Shown: piece after piece, positions 8,147 to 16,772 of the stretch
How positions within the stretch are numbered: position 1 is the first letter of the stretch
Layout of the letters: each line of letters begins with the position of its first letter
Assembly: GCA_038249795.1 (NCBI GenBank)
Contig: JBBSCZ010000001.1
Span: 1-42,365, forward strand
Direction of reading: 5' to 3'
Source: Gemmatimonadales bacterium
GTDB lineage: Bacteria > Gemmatimonadota > Gemmatimonadetes > Gemmatimonadales > Gemmatimonadaceae
DNA length: 42,365 nt
Made by a program: the position numbers and the translations under genes
Notes under the pieces: generated by a model
Seen by the model: the letters and a program-made list of their open reading frames with translations, nothing else
Told to the model about the DNA's origin: nothing
The model's database searches: none

Positions 8147-9133
8147 ATGACCACACCAGCTGCTGCACCGGTTTCGGCCTTTCTCCGCCACAATTTCCGA
8201 CACTTCAACGCAGCGGCCCTGGTCGAGGCGGCGGACGGCTACACGGCGCACCTCGACGCCGGCGGGAAGATGTTCGTGACGATCGCCGGCGCCATGAGCA
8301 CGGCCGAATTGGGCGTGTCGCTGGCCGAGATGATCCGGCAGGGCAAGATCCACGGGATCAGCTGCACCGGTGCCAACCTCGAGGAGGATGTGTTCAACCT
8401 CGTGGCGCACGATTTCTACGAGCGGATACCGAACTGGCGCGATCTGACGCCGGCGCAGGAGCAGGATCTGCTGGACCGTCACATGAACCGCGTCACCGAC
8501 ACCTGCATCCCCGAGATGGAGGCGATGCGCCGGATCGAGAGTGTGGTGCTGGAAGAATGGGTCGCGGCCGACAAGGCGGGCGAGCGCTACTTCCCGCACG
8601 AGTTCATGTACAAGATCCTGTTGTCGGGCAAGCTGAAGGACAGCTATCAGATCGATCCGAAGAATTCGTGGCTGTTGGCTGCGGCCGAGGCGAACCTGCC
8701 GATCATCGTGCCAGGGTGGGAGGATGCGACGCTGGCCAACATGTTCGCGGGCCACGTGATCAGCGGTGACGTGAAGAACGTGCACACGGTGAAGACGGGC
8801 ATCGAGTACATGATGTATCTCGCCGAGTGGTACACGGAGCTCACGAAGACGTCGTCGTTGGGATTTTTCCAGATCGGCGGTGGCATTGCGGGCGACTTCC
8901 CGATCTGCGTGGTACCGATGCTGCACCAGGATCTGCAGCGCAACGACGTGCCGCTGTGGGGCTACTTCTGCCAGATCAGCGACAGCACCACCAGCTACGG
9001 CTCATACTCCGGCGCCGTGCCGAACGAAAAGATCACGTGGGGCAAGCTGGGCGTGGAGACGCCGAAGTTCATGATCGAGAGCGATGCGTCGATCGTCGCA
9101 CCGCTGGTGTTCGCGCTGGTATTGGGACAGTGA
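8147..9133 (+). CDS. deoxyhypusine synthase family protein (bacterial DHS-like)
   Basis: ATG at 8147 gives 328 aa: ...FVTIAGAMSTAELG...GISCTGANLEED...FFQIGGGIAGDF...PNEKITWGKLG. The WGK catalytic-Lys context is retained. The upstream part of the 476-aa ORF overlaps hlyIII and is discarded. Confidence 0.85.
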   Translation: MTTPAAAPVSAFLRHNFRHFNAAALVEAADGYTAHLDAGGKMFVTIAGAMSTAELGVSLAEMIRQGKIHGISCTGANLEEDVFNLVAHDFYERIPNWRDLTPAQEQDLLDRHMNRVTDTCIPEMEAMRRIESVVLEEWVAADKAGERYFPHEFMYKILLSGKLKDSYQIDPKNSWLLAAAEANLPIIVPGWEDATLANMFAGHVISGDVKNVHTVKTGIEYMMYLAEWYTELTKTSSLGFFQIGGGIAGDFPICVVPMLHQDLQRNDVPLWGYFCQISDSTTSYGSYSGAVPNEKITWGKLGVETPKFMIESDASIVAPLVFALVLGQ

Positions 9134-9144
9134 CCGGTCGCAGC

Positions 9145-9528
9145 ATGACGCGCCGGTCGATACTGGCACTGCTGTTCGTGGGCGTGCCGGCAGCGGTCAG
9201 CGCGTCGCTGCTGCATCTGAAGCTGTCGCGCAGCATTCCAGCTGCGAATGCCGTGCTGACGTCATCGCCGACGCAGGTGCAGCTCTGGTTCACGCAGAAG
9301 CCCGAGCTGACGGTGACGTCGATCAAGGTGAAGACGGGCACCGGTGCAACGGCGATCGAACGGACACTGGCACCACTGGCACGCGCCGATGGCGCTGACA
9401 CGCCGATCACGGCGCCGATGGGCGCTGTACTCGCGGCGGGCCGCCACGAGATCGTCTGGCGCACGATGGCGCGAGACGGTCATGTGCTGAGCGGCGTGAT
9501 CCCCTTCGACGTGCGCGCCGCGCGCTGA
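9145..9528 (+). CDS. CopC-domain periplasmic copper-binding protein
   Basis: 127 aa. After the signal peptide comes HLKLSRSIPAANAVL (mature N-terminal His, S-x-P). It ends ...HEIVWRTMARDGHVLSGVIPFDV. It starts 12 nt after the DHS-like gene. Confidence 0.8.
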   Translation: MTRRSILALLFVGVPAAVSASLLHLKLSRSIPAANAVLTSSPTQVQLWFTQKPELTVTSIKVKTGTGATAIERTLAPLARADGADTPITAPMGAVLAAGRHEIVWRTMARDGHVLSGVIPFDVRAAR

Positions 9529-9541
9529 GCCACGCGCACAC

Positions 9542-10471
9542 GTGGAATGGATCGTTGCGCGGTGGATCACGTTCGTGGCCACCGTGCTGGCCACCGGGAC
9601 GTGTGCCGTGGCGCTCGCACTGCTGCCGCGTGCGACCGATGCCGACGGTGACGCACGTCGACTGATTGCGCGTGACAGCGCGCGGATCGGCATCGCAGCC
9701 GCGTTGGCGCTGATCCCAGCGGCATTCATGCGCCTCTCTGACCAACTGTTCGCGCTGCGCTCCCCTGGTGATGCGATGTTTGCCGGCGCTGTGCCGCTGT
9801 TGACGTCCACCATGTGGGGCAACGGCTTTCTCTGGCAGTCGGCAGCGACGCTGCTCGCACTCGCCGGCTTCGCGCACGCGCATGGCGCACCCGCGGTACG
9901 CAGTCGCTGGATCGTTCCGGCACTCGGCTGCCTCGCCCTCTGCGCCACGCCATCGCTGCAGGGCCATGCGATCGGCAGCGAGACGTACACATCGCTCGCC
10001 GTCGCGGTTGACATCGCACACGTCACCGGTGCCGGCTTGTGGCTCGGCGCCATCGGCGTGATCGGCCTGCTGGGCGTGGCCATCCCGAACGGCGATGGCA
10101 TCGTGAGCCCCGCGCACGCCTCGCGCGCCGACGCCCGACTGCGTCTGCTGGTGCCGCTGGTGCCACCCGTCGCACTGCCCGGGGCGGCACTGCTGCTGCT
10201 GAGCGGCATGACCGCGACGATCCTGAAGCTGACCGACGTGCGAGACCTGTGGGTGGAAACATGGGGTCGCTACGTGCTGGTGAAGATGCTCCTGGTGACC
10301 ATCATCGTCGCACTCGGCGCGCGCAACTGGCGTCACCTTGGCCCACGCATGGCGCGCGCGGACGGCGTGCCCGCGCTGCGCCGGTCACTGATCATCGAGC
10401 TGCTGATCGCGCTGCTGGTGCTGCTGATCACGGCGGTGCTGATCGTGACACCGCTTCCGGGTGAAGCGTGA
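9542..10471 (+). CDS. CopD family integral membrane protein
   Basis: 309 aa with about 8 hydrophobic helices, immediately after copC. GTG start. Confidence 0.75.
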   Translation: MEWIVARWITFVATVLATGTCAVALALLPRATDADGDARRLIARDSARIGIAAALALIPAAFMRLSDQLFALRSPGDAMFAGAVPLLTSTMWGNGFLWQSAATLLALAGFAHAHGAPAVRSRWIVPALGCLALCATPSLQGHAIGSETYTSLAVAVDIAHVTGAGLWLGAIGVIGLLGVAIPNGDGIVSPAHASRADARLRLLVPLVPPVALPGAALLLLSGMTATILKLTDVRDLWVETWGRYVLVKMLLVTIIVALGARNWRHLGPRMARADGVPALRRSLIIELLIALLVLLITAVLIVTPLPGEA

Positions 10472-10472
10472 G

Positions 10473-10854
10473 TTCTGTTTGCGTGCGTGGAGTTCGGGAA
10501 CAGCAAATCGCAGAACGGCACTGCCGCAGAACAGCAGACAGGCTGAACTGCGCGTGAGCGGAGGCCGTACCGAATGGCGCACGCCGAATCAGGGCGTGAA
10601 TGAAGTTTTTTGGGGGAACTGCGCACGTCGATTGCTCTCCGCTCGACATGTCAGCTGACCGCGCACCACCAGCAGATGCCGAGCACTGGCAGTCGCCGTT
10701 GCAGTTCCCCCCAAGTCCTTTCCAGTGTGCCGAGTGCCTTCGACGGACGCCCGGCGCTACCGGCGTTTGGCTGTTCGTGGTTCAGTCGGTCTGCTGTTCT
10801 GCGGCAGTGCCGTTCTGCGATTTGCTGTTCTCGAACCCCGGGCACGCAAACGAA
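10473..10854. repeat. long inverted-repeat element (42-bp perfect arms, 249-bp spacer)
   Basis: 10498-10539 (GAACAGCAAATCGCAGAACGGCACTGCCGCAGAACAGCAGAC) is the exact reverse complement of 10789-10830. Imperfect pairing extends to about 10473 and 10854. Confidence 0.85.
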
Positions 10855-10953
10855 CGCGCCTGCCTGACTCGATGTGTATCTTGAGAGAGTGCAGCCCGCG
10901 CGGCGCGCTGTCTGCGGAGCCATCCGGGTGACGCTCGGGCTTGACGGAGATCG

Positions 10954-11490
10954 GTGATGCGTACTGTGATCGGAGTATCGCTGGCACTGGCGCTGGCGGC
11001 GTGCCGGGGCGAGCAGTCTGGTGCCGCTCCGGCGAGCGCGACGACTTTCGGGCCAGCGGCGGTGGGTGCACCGGCACCGGCGTTCGCCGTGGCGACGCTC
11101 GGCGGTGACTCGCTGCGTGTGGGGGGAAGCGCACGCCAACCCGTCACGCTGGTGAATGTGTGGGCGACGTGGTGCGGGCCGTGCAAGGCCGAGTTTCCCG
11201 AACTGCAGGCGCTGCACACGACGTACGCCCCGCGCGGGTTGCGCGTGGTCGCGATCTCGATCGACACCGATGGCGACGCCGAGGTGGCCGAGAGTGCGAA
11301 GTCGATGGGCGCGACATTTCTGATCGGGCGTGATCCAGCCGATCTGGTGCGCGGTCAGTTTGCGGCGGTGGGCATTCCCGAAAGCTGGCTGATTTCCGCC
11401 GACGGCCGCCTGCTCTGGCGCCACTCCGGCGCGATTCCGTTCGGCGACCGTGCGGTGCGCGCGGCGATCGACAGCGCGCTCGCCGACTGA
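10954..11490 (+). CDS. TlpA family thiol:disulfide oxidoreductase lipoprotein
   Basis: 178 aa with the lipobox LALAAC and the thioredoxin motif VNVWATWCGPCKAEFP. Confidence 0.85.
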   Translation: MMRTVIGVSLALALAACRGEQSGAAPASATTFGPAAVGAPAPAFAVATLGGDSLRVGGSARQPVTLVNVWATWCGPCKAEFPELQALHTTYAPRGLRVVAISIDTDGDAEVAESAKSMGATFLIGRDPADLVRGQFAAVGIPESWLISADGRLLWRHSGAIPFGDRAVRAAIDSALAD

Positions 11491-13454
11491 TGGACGCCCG
11501 GCCCCCGCGCATCACCCCGATGGTATTCGACTCCATTGGCGTCCATGGTCGCGATCTGTCACGGCTGCTCGCGGAAACGATCGAAGCGGCCGTGGTGGCG
11601 ATCGCTCCGGATGGTATCGTCACGTATGCGTCGAGCTTCTTCGAGGAGCTGTTCGGGGCGCCGGTGGCGCACTTCGTCGGCGGGCATTTCACGGCGCTGC
11701 TCTCCGAGAAGGAACGCGCCATCGCCATGTTGCTGCTGGGCGGCATGACGACGGGTGGGCGGTTTCCGATCGCCACCTGGCTGCTCCGGCGCGCCGACCG
11801 TACCGAACTCTGGGTCGAATCACGCGTGACGATCATCCGCGATGGCGATGGCACCGTGACGGGTTACATCACCGTGACGCGCGACATGAGTGAGCGTCGG
11901 CTCGCACAGCAGATGCTCGCCCGCACGCGAGCGAACTATGACGCGCTGGTGCGTCGTGCGGTGTACGGTGTGTATCGTGCCGAGCGCAATCATCGTGTGC
12001 TGGATGCAAATCCTGCGATGATCGAGTTGCTGGGCTACGACACACGCGAGGAGCTCATGGCGCTGGATCTCGCGACCGATGTGTATGCCGACATCGCTGA
12101 TCACGAGTGGATGGTGCGCACGGCGCAGCATGGCGAGCTGGATGACTGGGTGGAAGTCACCTGGCGTCGACGCGATGGGGAGCTGATCGACGTGCGACTG
12201 TCGCTGCGCATGGTGGAGGACGAGGACGGCGGGCCGCCGGTGTTCGAGGGGATCGCCGAGGATGTGACCGAGCGGCATCGCCGCGACGAGCGTCTTCGGC
12301 GCAGTGAGCGCATGGCGTCGCTGGGCCATATGCTGGCCGGCGTGGCGCATGAACTGAACAACCCGCTGGCGGCGATCAGCGGATTTTCACAATTGTTGCT
12401 GCGTGGTTCCTGGTCCGACGACGATCGCAAGGCGCTGGAGACGATCGGCCGCGAGGCGCGACGTGCCGAGCGTGTGGTGGGCGACCTGCTCACGTTCGCA
12501 CGGCAGGGCAACGCGACGCGCAGTGAACTGGTGGATCTGCACGGCGTGATCCGGCACATCGTGGACACGCAGCACTATGCCCTCGACACTCGCGGCGTGC
12601 GTGTGCACCTCGCGCTGACGGCACTGCCGGTGTACGTGCAGGGCGATACGGCGCGCATCGAGCAGGTGATGCTCAACCTCGTCGTGAACGCGCGGCAGGC
12701 GCTCGAGGCGGTGCGCGGAACGCGGGCCCTGGGCCAGCTCCCGCTCGAGTTGCGCATCGTGACCGAAGTGGAGAGTGACGCGTATGTCGTGGTGAAGGTC
12801 GCCGACAATGGCGCCGGCATCTCCCCCGCACTGATCGGACGCATCTGGGACCCGTTCTTCACGACCAAGGAGGAAGGGGTCGGCACGGGACTCGGGCTGA
12901 GCGTGGTACACAGCATCGTCACGGAGCATGGCGGCATGGTGGATGTGCACAGCGAGATGGGACGTGGCACCGAGTTCATGATCCGACTGCCGATGGCGAG
13001 CCTGCCGGGCGAACCGCAAGCGCCCGCAGACATTGGCGACATGCGGCTCCCGGCGGCCCGTGGTGACGCGCCGCCGTCGGGACGCGCGCTGGATATTCTG
13101 GTGGTGGACGACGAGGCCTCGATCATCAGTTTTCTGACCCGCTTCCTCACCTCGCGCGGCCACGCCGTGGTGGCGGCCAGTGACGGGCTGCATGCGCTGC
13201 GGATCGCGGAGCAGTTCACCTTCGACGTGGTGGTGTGCGACCTGCACATGCCGGAGATGGATGGGGTGGAGCTGATCCGGCGGATGCGGATGCTCCCGAG
13301 CTGCGCGCGAACACGCTACGTGCTGAGCTCAGGGGACGGACCCGAGTCGCCCATGATGGCCCGGGCGCAGGCGCTGGGAGTGGACGGGTTGCTGGCCAAG
13401 CCGTACACGATCGACCAGCTGGTGGCAGTGGTGGATGGCAGCCCGTCGCCCTGA
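11490..13454 (+). CDS. cytoplasmic PAS-PAS hybrid sensor histidine kinase / response regulator
   Basis: 654 aa with no TM segment. It has the H-box AGVAHELNNPL, N/G boxes DNGAGI...GTGLGLS, and the receiver ILVVDDEASI...VVCDLHMPEMDG...KP. A TGATG junction links it to tlpA. Confidence 0.85.
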   Translation: MDARPPRITPMVFDSIGVHGRDLSRLLAETIEAAVVAIAPDGIVTYASSFFEELFGAPVAHFVGGHFTALLSEKERAIAMLLLGGMTTGGRFPIATWLLRRADRTELWVESRVTIIRDGDGTVTGYITVTRDMSERRLAQQMLARTRANYDALVRRAVYGVYRAERNHRVLDANPAMIELLGYDTREELMALDLATDVYADIADHEWMVRTAQHGELDDWVEVTWRRRDGELIDVRLSLRMVEDEDGGPPVFEGIAEDVTERHRRDERLRRSERMASLGHMLAGVAHELNNPLAAISGFSQLLLRGSWSDDDRKALETIGREARRAERVVGDLLTFARQGNATRSELVDLHGVIRHIVDTQHYALDTRGVRVHLALTALPVYVQGDTARIEQVMLNLVVNARQALEAVRGTRALGQLPLELRIVTEVESDAYVVVKVADNGAGISPALIGRIWDPFFTTKEEGVGTGLGLSVVHSIVTEHGGMVDVHSEMGRGTEFMIRLPMASLPGEPQAPADIGDMRLPAARGDAPPSGRALDILVVDDEASIISFLTRFLTSRGHAVVAASDGLHALRIAEQFTFDVVVCDLHMPEMDGVELIRRMRMLPSCARTRYVLSSGDGPESPMMARAQALGVDGLLAKPYTIDQLVAVVDGSPSP

Positions 13455-13560
13455 CCCTGCCCGCTGGCGCGGTGGGCACACGGCGCTTCCACAGGGTGTT
13501 ATTGTATTCCTTGCCGGTGGATAGGCCCCGGTATCCCGTCGCACGAGGAGCTTTCGCCCG

Positions 13561-13791
13561 ATGGCCAGCCCCACCGAAGGACGTCACGTCCCGATCACTC
13601 CGACCAAGGAAGGGTGGCCGTATGCCATCCTCACGACGCTGGTTGCCGTCGCACTCTGGTTCGGCGCATGGAGCATTCACAAGGCGACATATCGCGATCC
13701 CACGGATCCGATGTTCCGCGCGAAGGGTGCGGTGCCACACACCTCCACGGTGAAGCCAGCGCCTTCGGCTCCGGCAGCGGCCGAGCACTGA
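13561..13791 (+). CDS. small single-pass membrane protein (hypothetical)
   Basis: 76 aa with an AGGAG Shine-Dalgarno 8-13 nt upstream and one clear TM helix (WPYAILTTLVAVALWFGAW). Confidence 0.4.
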   Translation: MASPTEGRHVPITPTKEGWPYAILTTLVAVALWFGAWSIHKATYRDPTDPMFRAKGAVPHTSTVKPAPSAPAAAEH

Positions 13792-13885
13792 GCGCGTTCG
13801 CTGTTGCAGGATCGGCGGGGCACACCATCACGGTGCGTCCCGCTTTCTTGTTGCTGCGCCCGCAAAGGTTGGCGTCGCGACATTC

Positions 13886-14692
13886 ATGCATGATTTTGCA
13901 ATCATGACGACGACCGGGAATTCCGCTCCATCGGACGAGACACCCGTCAGCCTGCCGGGCTTCGCAATCACCGGACTGACTCCCGATGATGCCACGGTGC
14001 AGGCGGCCACGATGCTGATCGTGCTGCTGGCCGCCGAGGGGGCGAACGTGGCCGCGATGGTCCCGGTGGAGACGGGGCTCGACGACCCTTGCGAGGCGGG
14101 GAGCCGCGGCTCGCTGATCCGCTGGGCCGCGGGTCATCTGGACGATCCGCGTCAGGTGACGCCTTTCGCCCTCGAAGCCGACCGCTCGGCGATGCATGCC
14201 GCCGACGCCTCCGGCACGCTGCTGCACGGCGCAGCTTTCGACCGTGCCCGCGAGCAACTGAGCGCAGGGCGCTCGGTGCTGGTGGTGAGCGATGCCGTCG
14301 GCATGCTGGATCCGATCACGCCGTCGCTCACCATGCTCGACCTCATTGCGCGGTGGGAGCTCGGCCTGCTGCTGGTGGAACCGGTGAGCCGTTGGGCCGT
14401 TGGACACGTACGATTGCTCGCCGCAGTCCTGATGGCGCGTGGCCTCACCATTGCTGGCGTGGTGCTGTCAGACGCTGGCAGTGGCGCTGCTGCGGATCCG
14501 GAGGGCGTCACCGCCATTCAGGAGACGCTCGCCGCCCTGCTCGACTGCCCCGTGCTGCTGCTGCCGCGGGTGCTGTCGCTGCACGATCGCGGCGAACTCC
14601 TGACGGCGGCGCGCGACTGCGGGATGCATCGTTTCGTGACGCGGATCGTGCCGCGTAACGAACCCACGCCTGAGCGAATCCAGCCCCAATGA
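13886..14692 (+). CDS. dethiobiotin synthase (BioD)-fold protein with degenerate P-loop
   Basis: It is colinear with Bio[15 protein letters not shown] aligns with [25 protein letters not shown] with VLVEGAGGWFTP, and [10 protein letters not shown] with GLTLAGWVAN. The GK[TS] and the KPV Lys are lost. Confidence 0.55.
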   Translation: MHDFAIMTTTGNSAPSDETPVSLPGFAITGLTPDDATVQAATMLIVLLAAEGANVAAMVPVETGLDDPCEAGSRGSLIRWAAGHLDDPRQVTPFALEADRSAMHAADASGTLLHGAAFDRAREQLSAGRSVLVVSDAVGMLDPITPSLTMLDLIARWELGLLLVEPVSRWAVGHVRLLAAVLMARGLTIAGVVLSDAGSGAAADPEGVTAIQETLAALLDCPVLLLPRVLSLHDRGELLTAARDCGMHRFVTRIVPRNEPTPERIQPQ

Positions 14693-15330
14693 GCTCCATC
14701 GCCGACCTGCGGCGCGACTACGCGCTCGCCTCACTCGACGTCACCGATGTCGTCGCCGACCCGATCGCGCAATTCAGCCGCTGGTTCGCCGACGCCACCG
14801 AGGCGCAGATCACCGAGCCGAATGCGATGACGCTCGCGACGATCGGCGACGCCGGTTTTCCCGATGCGCGCATCGTGCTGTTGAAGGGTGTGGACGCGCG
14901 CGGCTTCACCTTCTTCACCGACTATCGGAGCCGGAAGGGGCGCGACATCGAAACGCATCCCCAGGCGGCGCTGGTGTTCTTCTGGCAGGAGCTGGAACGG
15001 CAGGTGCGCATCCGGGGCCACGTCGTGCAGCTCCCCACCGCGGAGTCGGCGACGTATTACGACTCGCGGCCGCGCGGCAGCCGGATCGGAGCGTGGGCGA
15101 GTGTGCAGAGCAGTGTGATCGCCGAGCGCTCGGTGCTCGAGGCACGGGTGCGCGAGGTGGAGTCGCGCTTTCCCGGCGACGCCGCGCCGCCGCTGCCGCC
15201 GCACTGGGGTGGGTTCGTGGTGCAGCCGGTGCAGATCGAATTCTGGCAGGGACGACAGAGCCGCCTGCACGACCGGTTGCGCTATCGGCTCGAGGATGGC
15301 GCGTGGACGCTCGAGCGGCTCTCGCCCTGA
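14689..15330 (+). CDS. pdxH: pyridoxamine 5'-phosphate oxidase
   Basis: 213 aa: ...[17 protein letters not shown]...[10 protein letters not shown]...[21 protein letters not shown] overlap with the upstream gene. Confidence 0.9.
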   Translation: MSSIADLRRDYALASLDVTDVVADPIAQFSRWFADATEAQITEPNAMTLATIGDAGFPDARIVLLKGVDARGFTFFTDYRSRKGRDIETHPQAALVFFWQELERQVRIRGHVVQLPTAESATYYDSRPRGSRIGAWASVQSSVIAERSVLEARVREVESRFPGDAAPPLPPHWGGFVVQPVQIEFWQGRQSRLHDRLRYRLEDGAWTLERLSP

Positions 15331-15381
15331 GTTGATGTTCCGGTGTGGAAACCGGAGCGGCACCGACGCCATTCGCACGGC

Positions 15382-16128
15382 ATGACTCCTCCCGTCCATC
15401 TCATTCTCGGTGCCACCGGCGGCATCGGATCGGCTCTCGCCCGTCAGCTCGCCTCCGAAGGCGCGCGTCTCGTACTGGCGGCACGCAATGAGGCCGCGCT
15501 GTCGGCCCTTGGCAGCGAACTTGGCGCGAACACGTTGGTAGTGGATGCGACCGTGGCTGCCGACATCGATCGCGCGGTGGAGACGGCGGTGCAGACGTAC
15601 GGTCGGATCGATGGCGCCGCGAATTGCGTGGGCTCGATACTGCTCAAGCCGGCACACCTCACGCGCCCTGAGGAGTTCGATGACGTGATCGCCGTGAACC
15701 TGCGCTCGGCGTTCTCGCTGGTGCGCGCGGCGACGCGGCCGATGATGAACAACACCGAACCGGCGGGTGGCAGCATCGTGCTGGTCGCATCGGCCGCGGC
15801 GCGGATCGGGCTGGCGAACCACGAGGCGATCGCAGCGGCCAAGGGCGGCATCATGTCGCTCACACTGTCGGCGGCGGCGAGCTATGCGGCGAAGCAGGTA
15901 CGAGTGAACTGCGTCGCGCCCGGCCTGGTACGCACGCCGCTCACGGCGCGCATCACCGGTAATGCTGCGGCGGAGCAGTCGTCACTGGCGATGCATGCCA
16001 TCGGCCGGCTGGGCGAGCCCGGTGACGTGGCACGTGCGATTGCGTTCCTGCTCGATCCGCAGAACAGCTGGATCACTGGGCAGACGCTGGGCGTGGACGG
16101 CGGGCTGGGAACGCTGCGGAGCCGGTGA
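15382..16128 (+). CDS. SDR family oxidoreductase
   Basis: ATG at 15382 gives ...LILGATGGIGSALARQL (TGxxxGxG). It also has IVLVASAAA and YAAAKGG (YxxxK). Confidence 0.85.
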   Translation: MTPPVHLILGATGGIGSALARQLASEGARLVLAARNEAALSALGSELGANTLVVDATVAADIDRAVETAVQTYGRIDGAANCVGSILLKPAHLTRPEEFDDVIAVNLRSAFSLVRAATRPMMNNTEPAGGSIVLVASAAARIGLANHEAIAAAKGGIMSLTLSAAASYAAKQVRVNCVAPGLVRTPLTARITGNAAAEQSSLAMHAIGRLGEPGDVARAIAFLLDPQNSWITGQTLGVDGGLGTLRSR

Positions 16129-16208
16129 CGTTCCGTTGCAGCCGCACATAGGTCGCGCGCCGTCGGATCGAGTGCACTGCGTCTCGTGATGCCGCGCTTG
16201 CGACTCGC

Positions 16209-16772
16209 CTACTGCCCGCGCATCACCGGCATCCAGCGCGCGATCATCTCCGGCCCCGGATATCCGGGCACCGTCTCCACGATGCGACCGCTGCTGTCGG
16301 TGCGCGCGAACACCGGCGTGCCGGGAATGCGGAAGGTGAGCAGCACCTGATCGCTCTCGCCGTCGGGACCGGCGCTGAACGCGCCGCGCACACCGAGTGA
16401 CGTGAGCATCGAGCGGCCGATCGCCTCGCCCTCCAGCGTCACGACGCGAAGCATCGGCACGCCGCCACTGCCCTGCATCGCCGCGATGTCCTTCATCGCC
16501 GTGCGGCAGAAGGAGCAGCTCTTCGAGTTCACCATCAGGATTGCCGGTTGTCCGCGTGGCGTGAGGGCCACGCGCGCATCGGACGAATCGCGCACCATCA
16601 GGTTGGTCACGGCGGAACGCGCCTGCCCCACGGCGGGATCGTCAGTGGCCATCGGAACGGGGGTGCGATCAAAGGCGAAGCGCCCGATCAGCGCGAGTCC
16701 CAGTGCACCGGCCAGCACCCATGCCAGCATCTCGCGACTGCCGACCTTCTTGTCTGACGTCTCGGTGCTCAT
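16209..16772 (-). CDS. membrane-anchored thioredoxin-fold protein (CSFC)
   Basis: ATG at 16772 gives MSTETSDKK.... It has one TM helix followed by ILMVNSKSCSFCRTAMKD (CxxC). ATGA overlap with the rsgA stop. Confidence 0.55.
   Translation of the reverse strand: MSTETSDKKVGSREMLAWVLAGALGLALIGRFAFDRTPVPMATDDPAVGQARSAVTNLMVRDSSDARVALTPRGQPAILMVNSKSCSFCRTAMKDIAAMQGSGGVPMLRVVTLEGEAIGRSMLTSLGVRGAFSAGPDGESDQVLLTFRIPGTPVFARTDSSGRIVETVPGYPGPEMIARWMPVMRGQ

Noticed and set aside
9262-10336. Two overlapping minus-strand ORFs of more than 300 aa opposite copC/copD.
   Set aside because: Both are Arg/Ala-rich shadow frames. The plus frame gives a coherent multi-helix CopD membrane protein.
10600-10884. Short ORFs (65-94 aa) inside the spacer of the 10.5-kb inverted-repeat element.
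   Set aside because: Several frames overlap one another, part of each is translated repeat-arm sequence, there is no Shine-Dalgarno or signal, and the composition is implausible.
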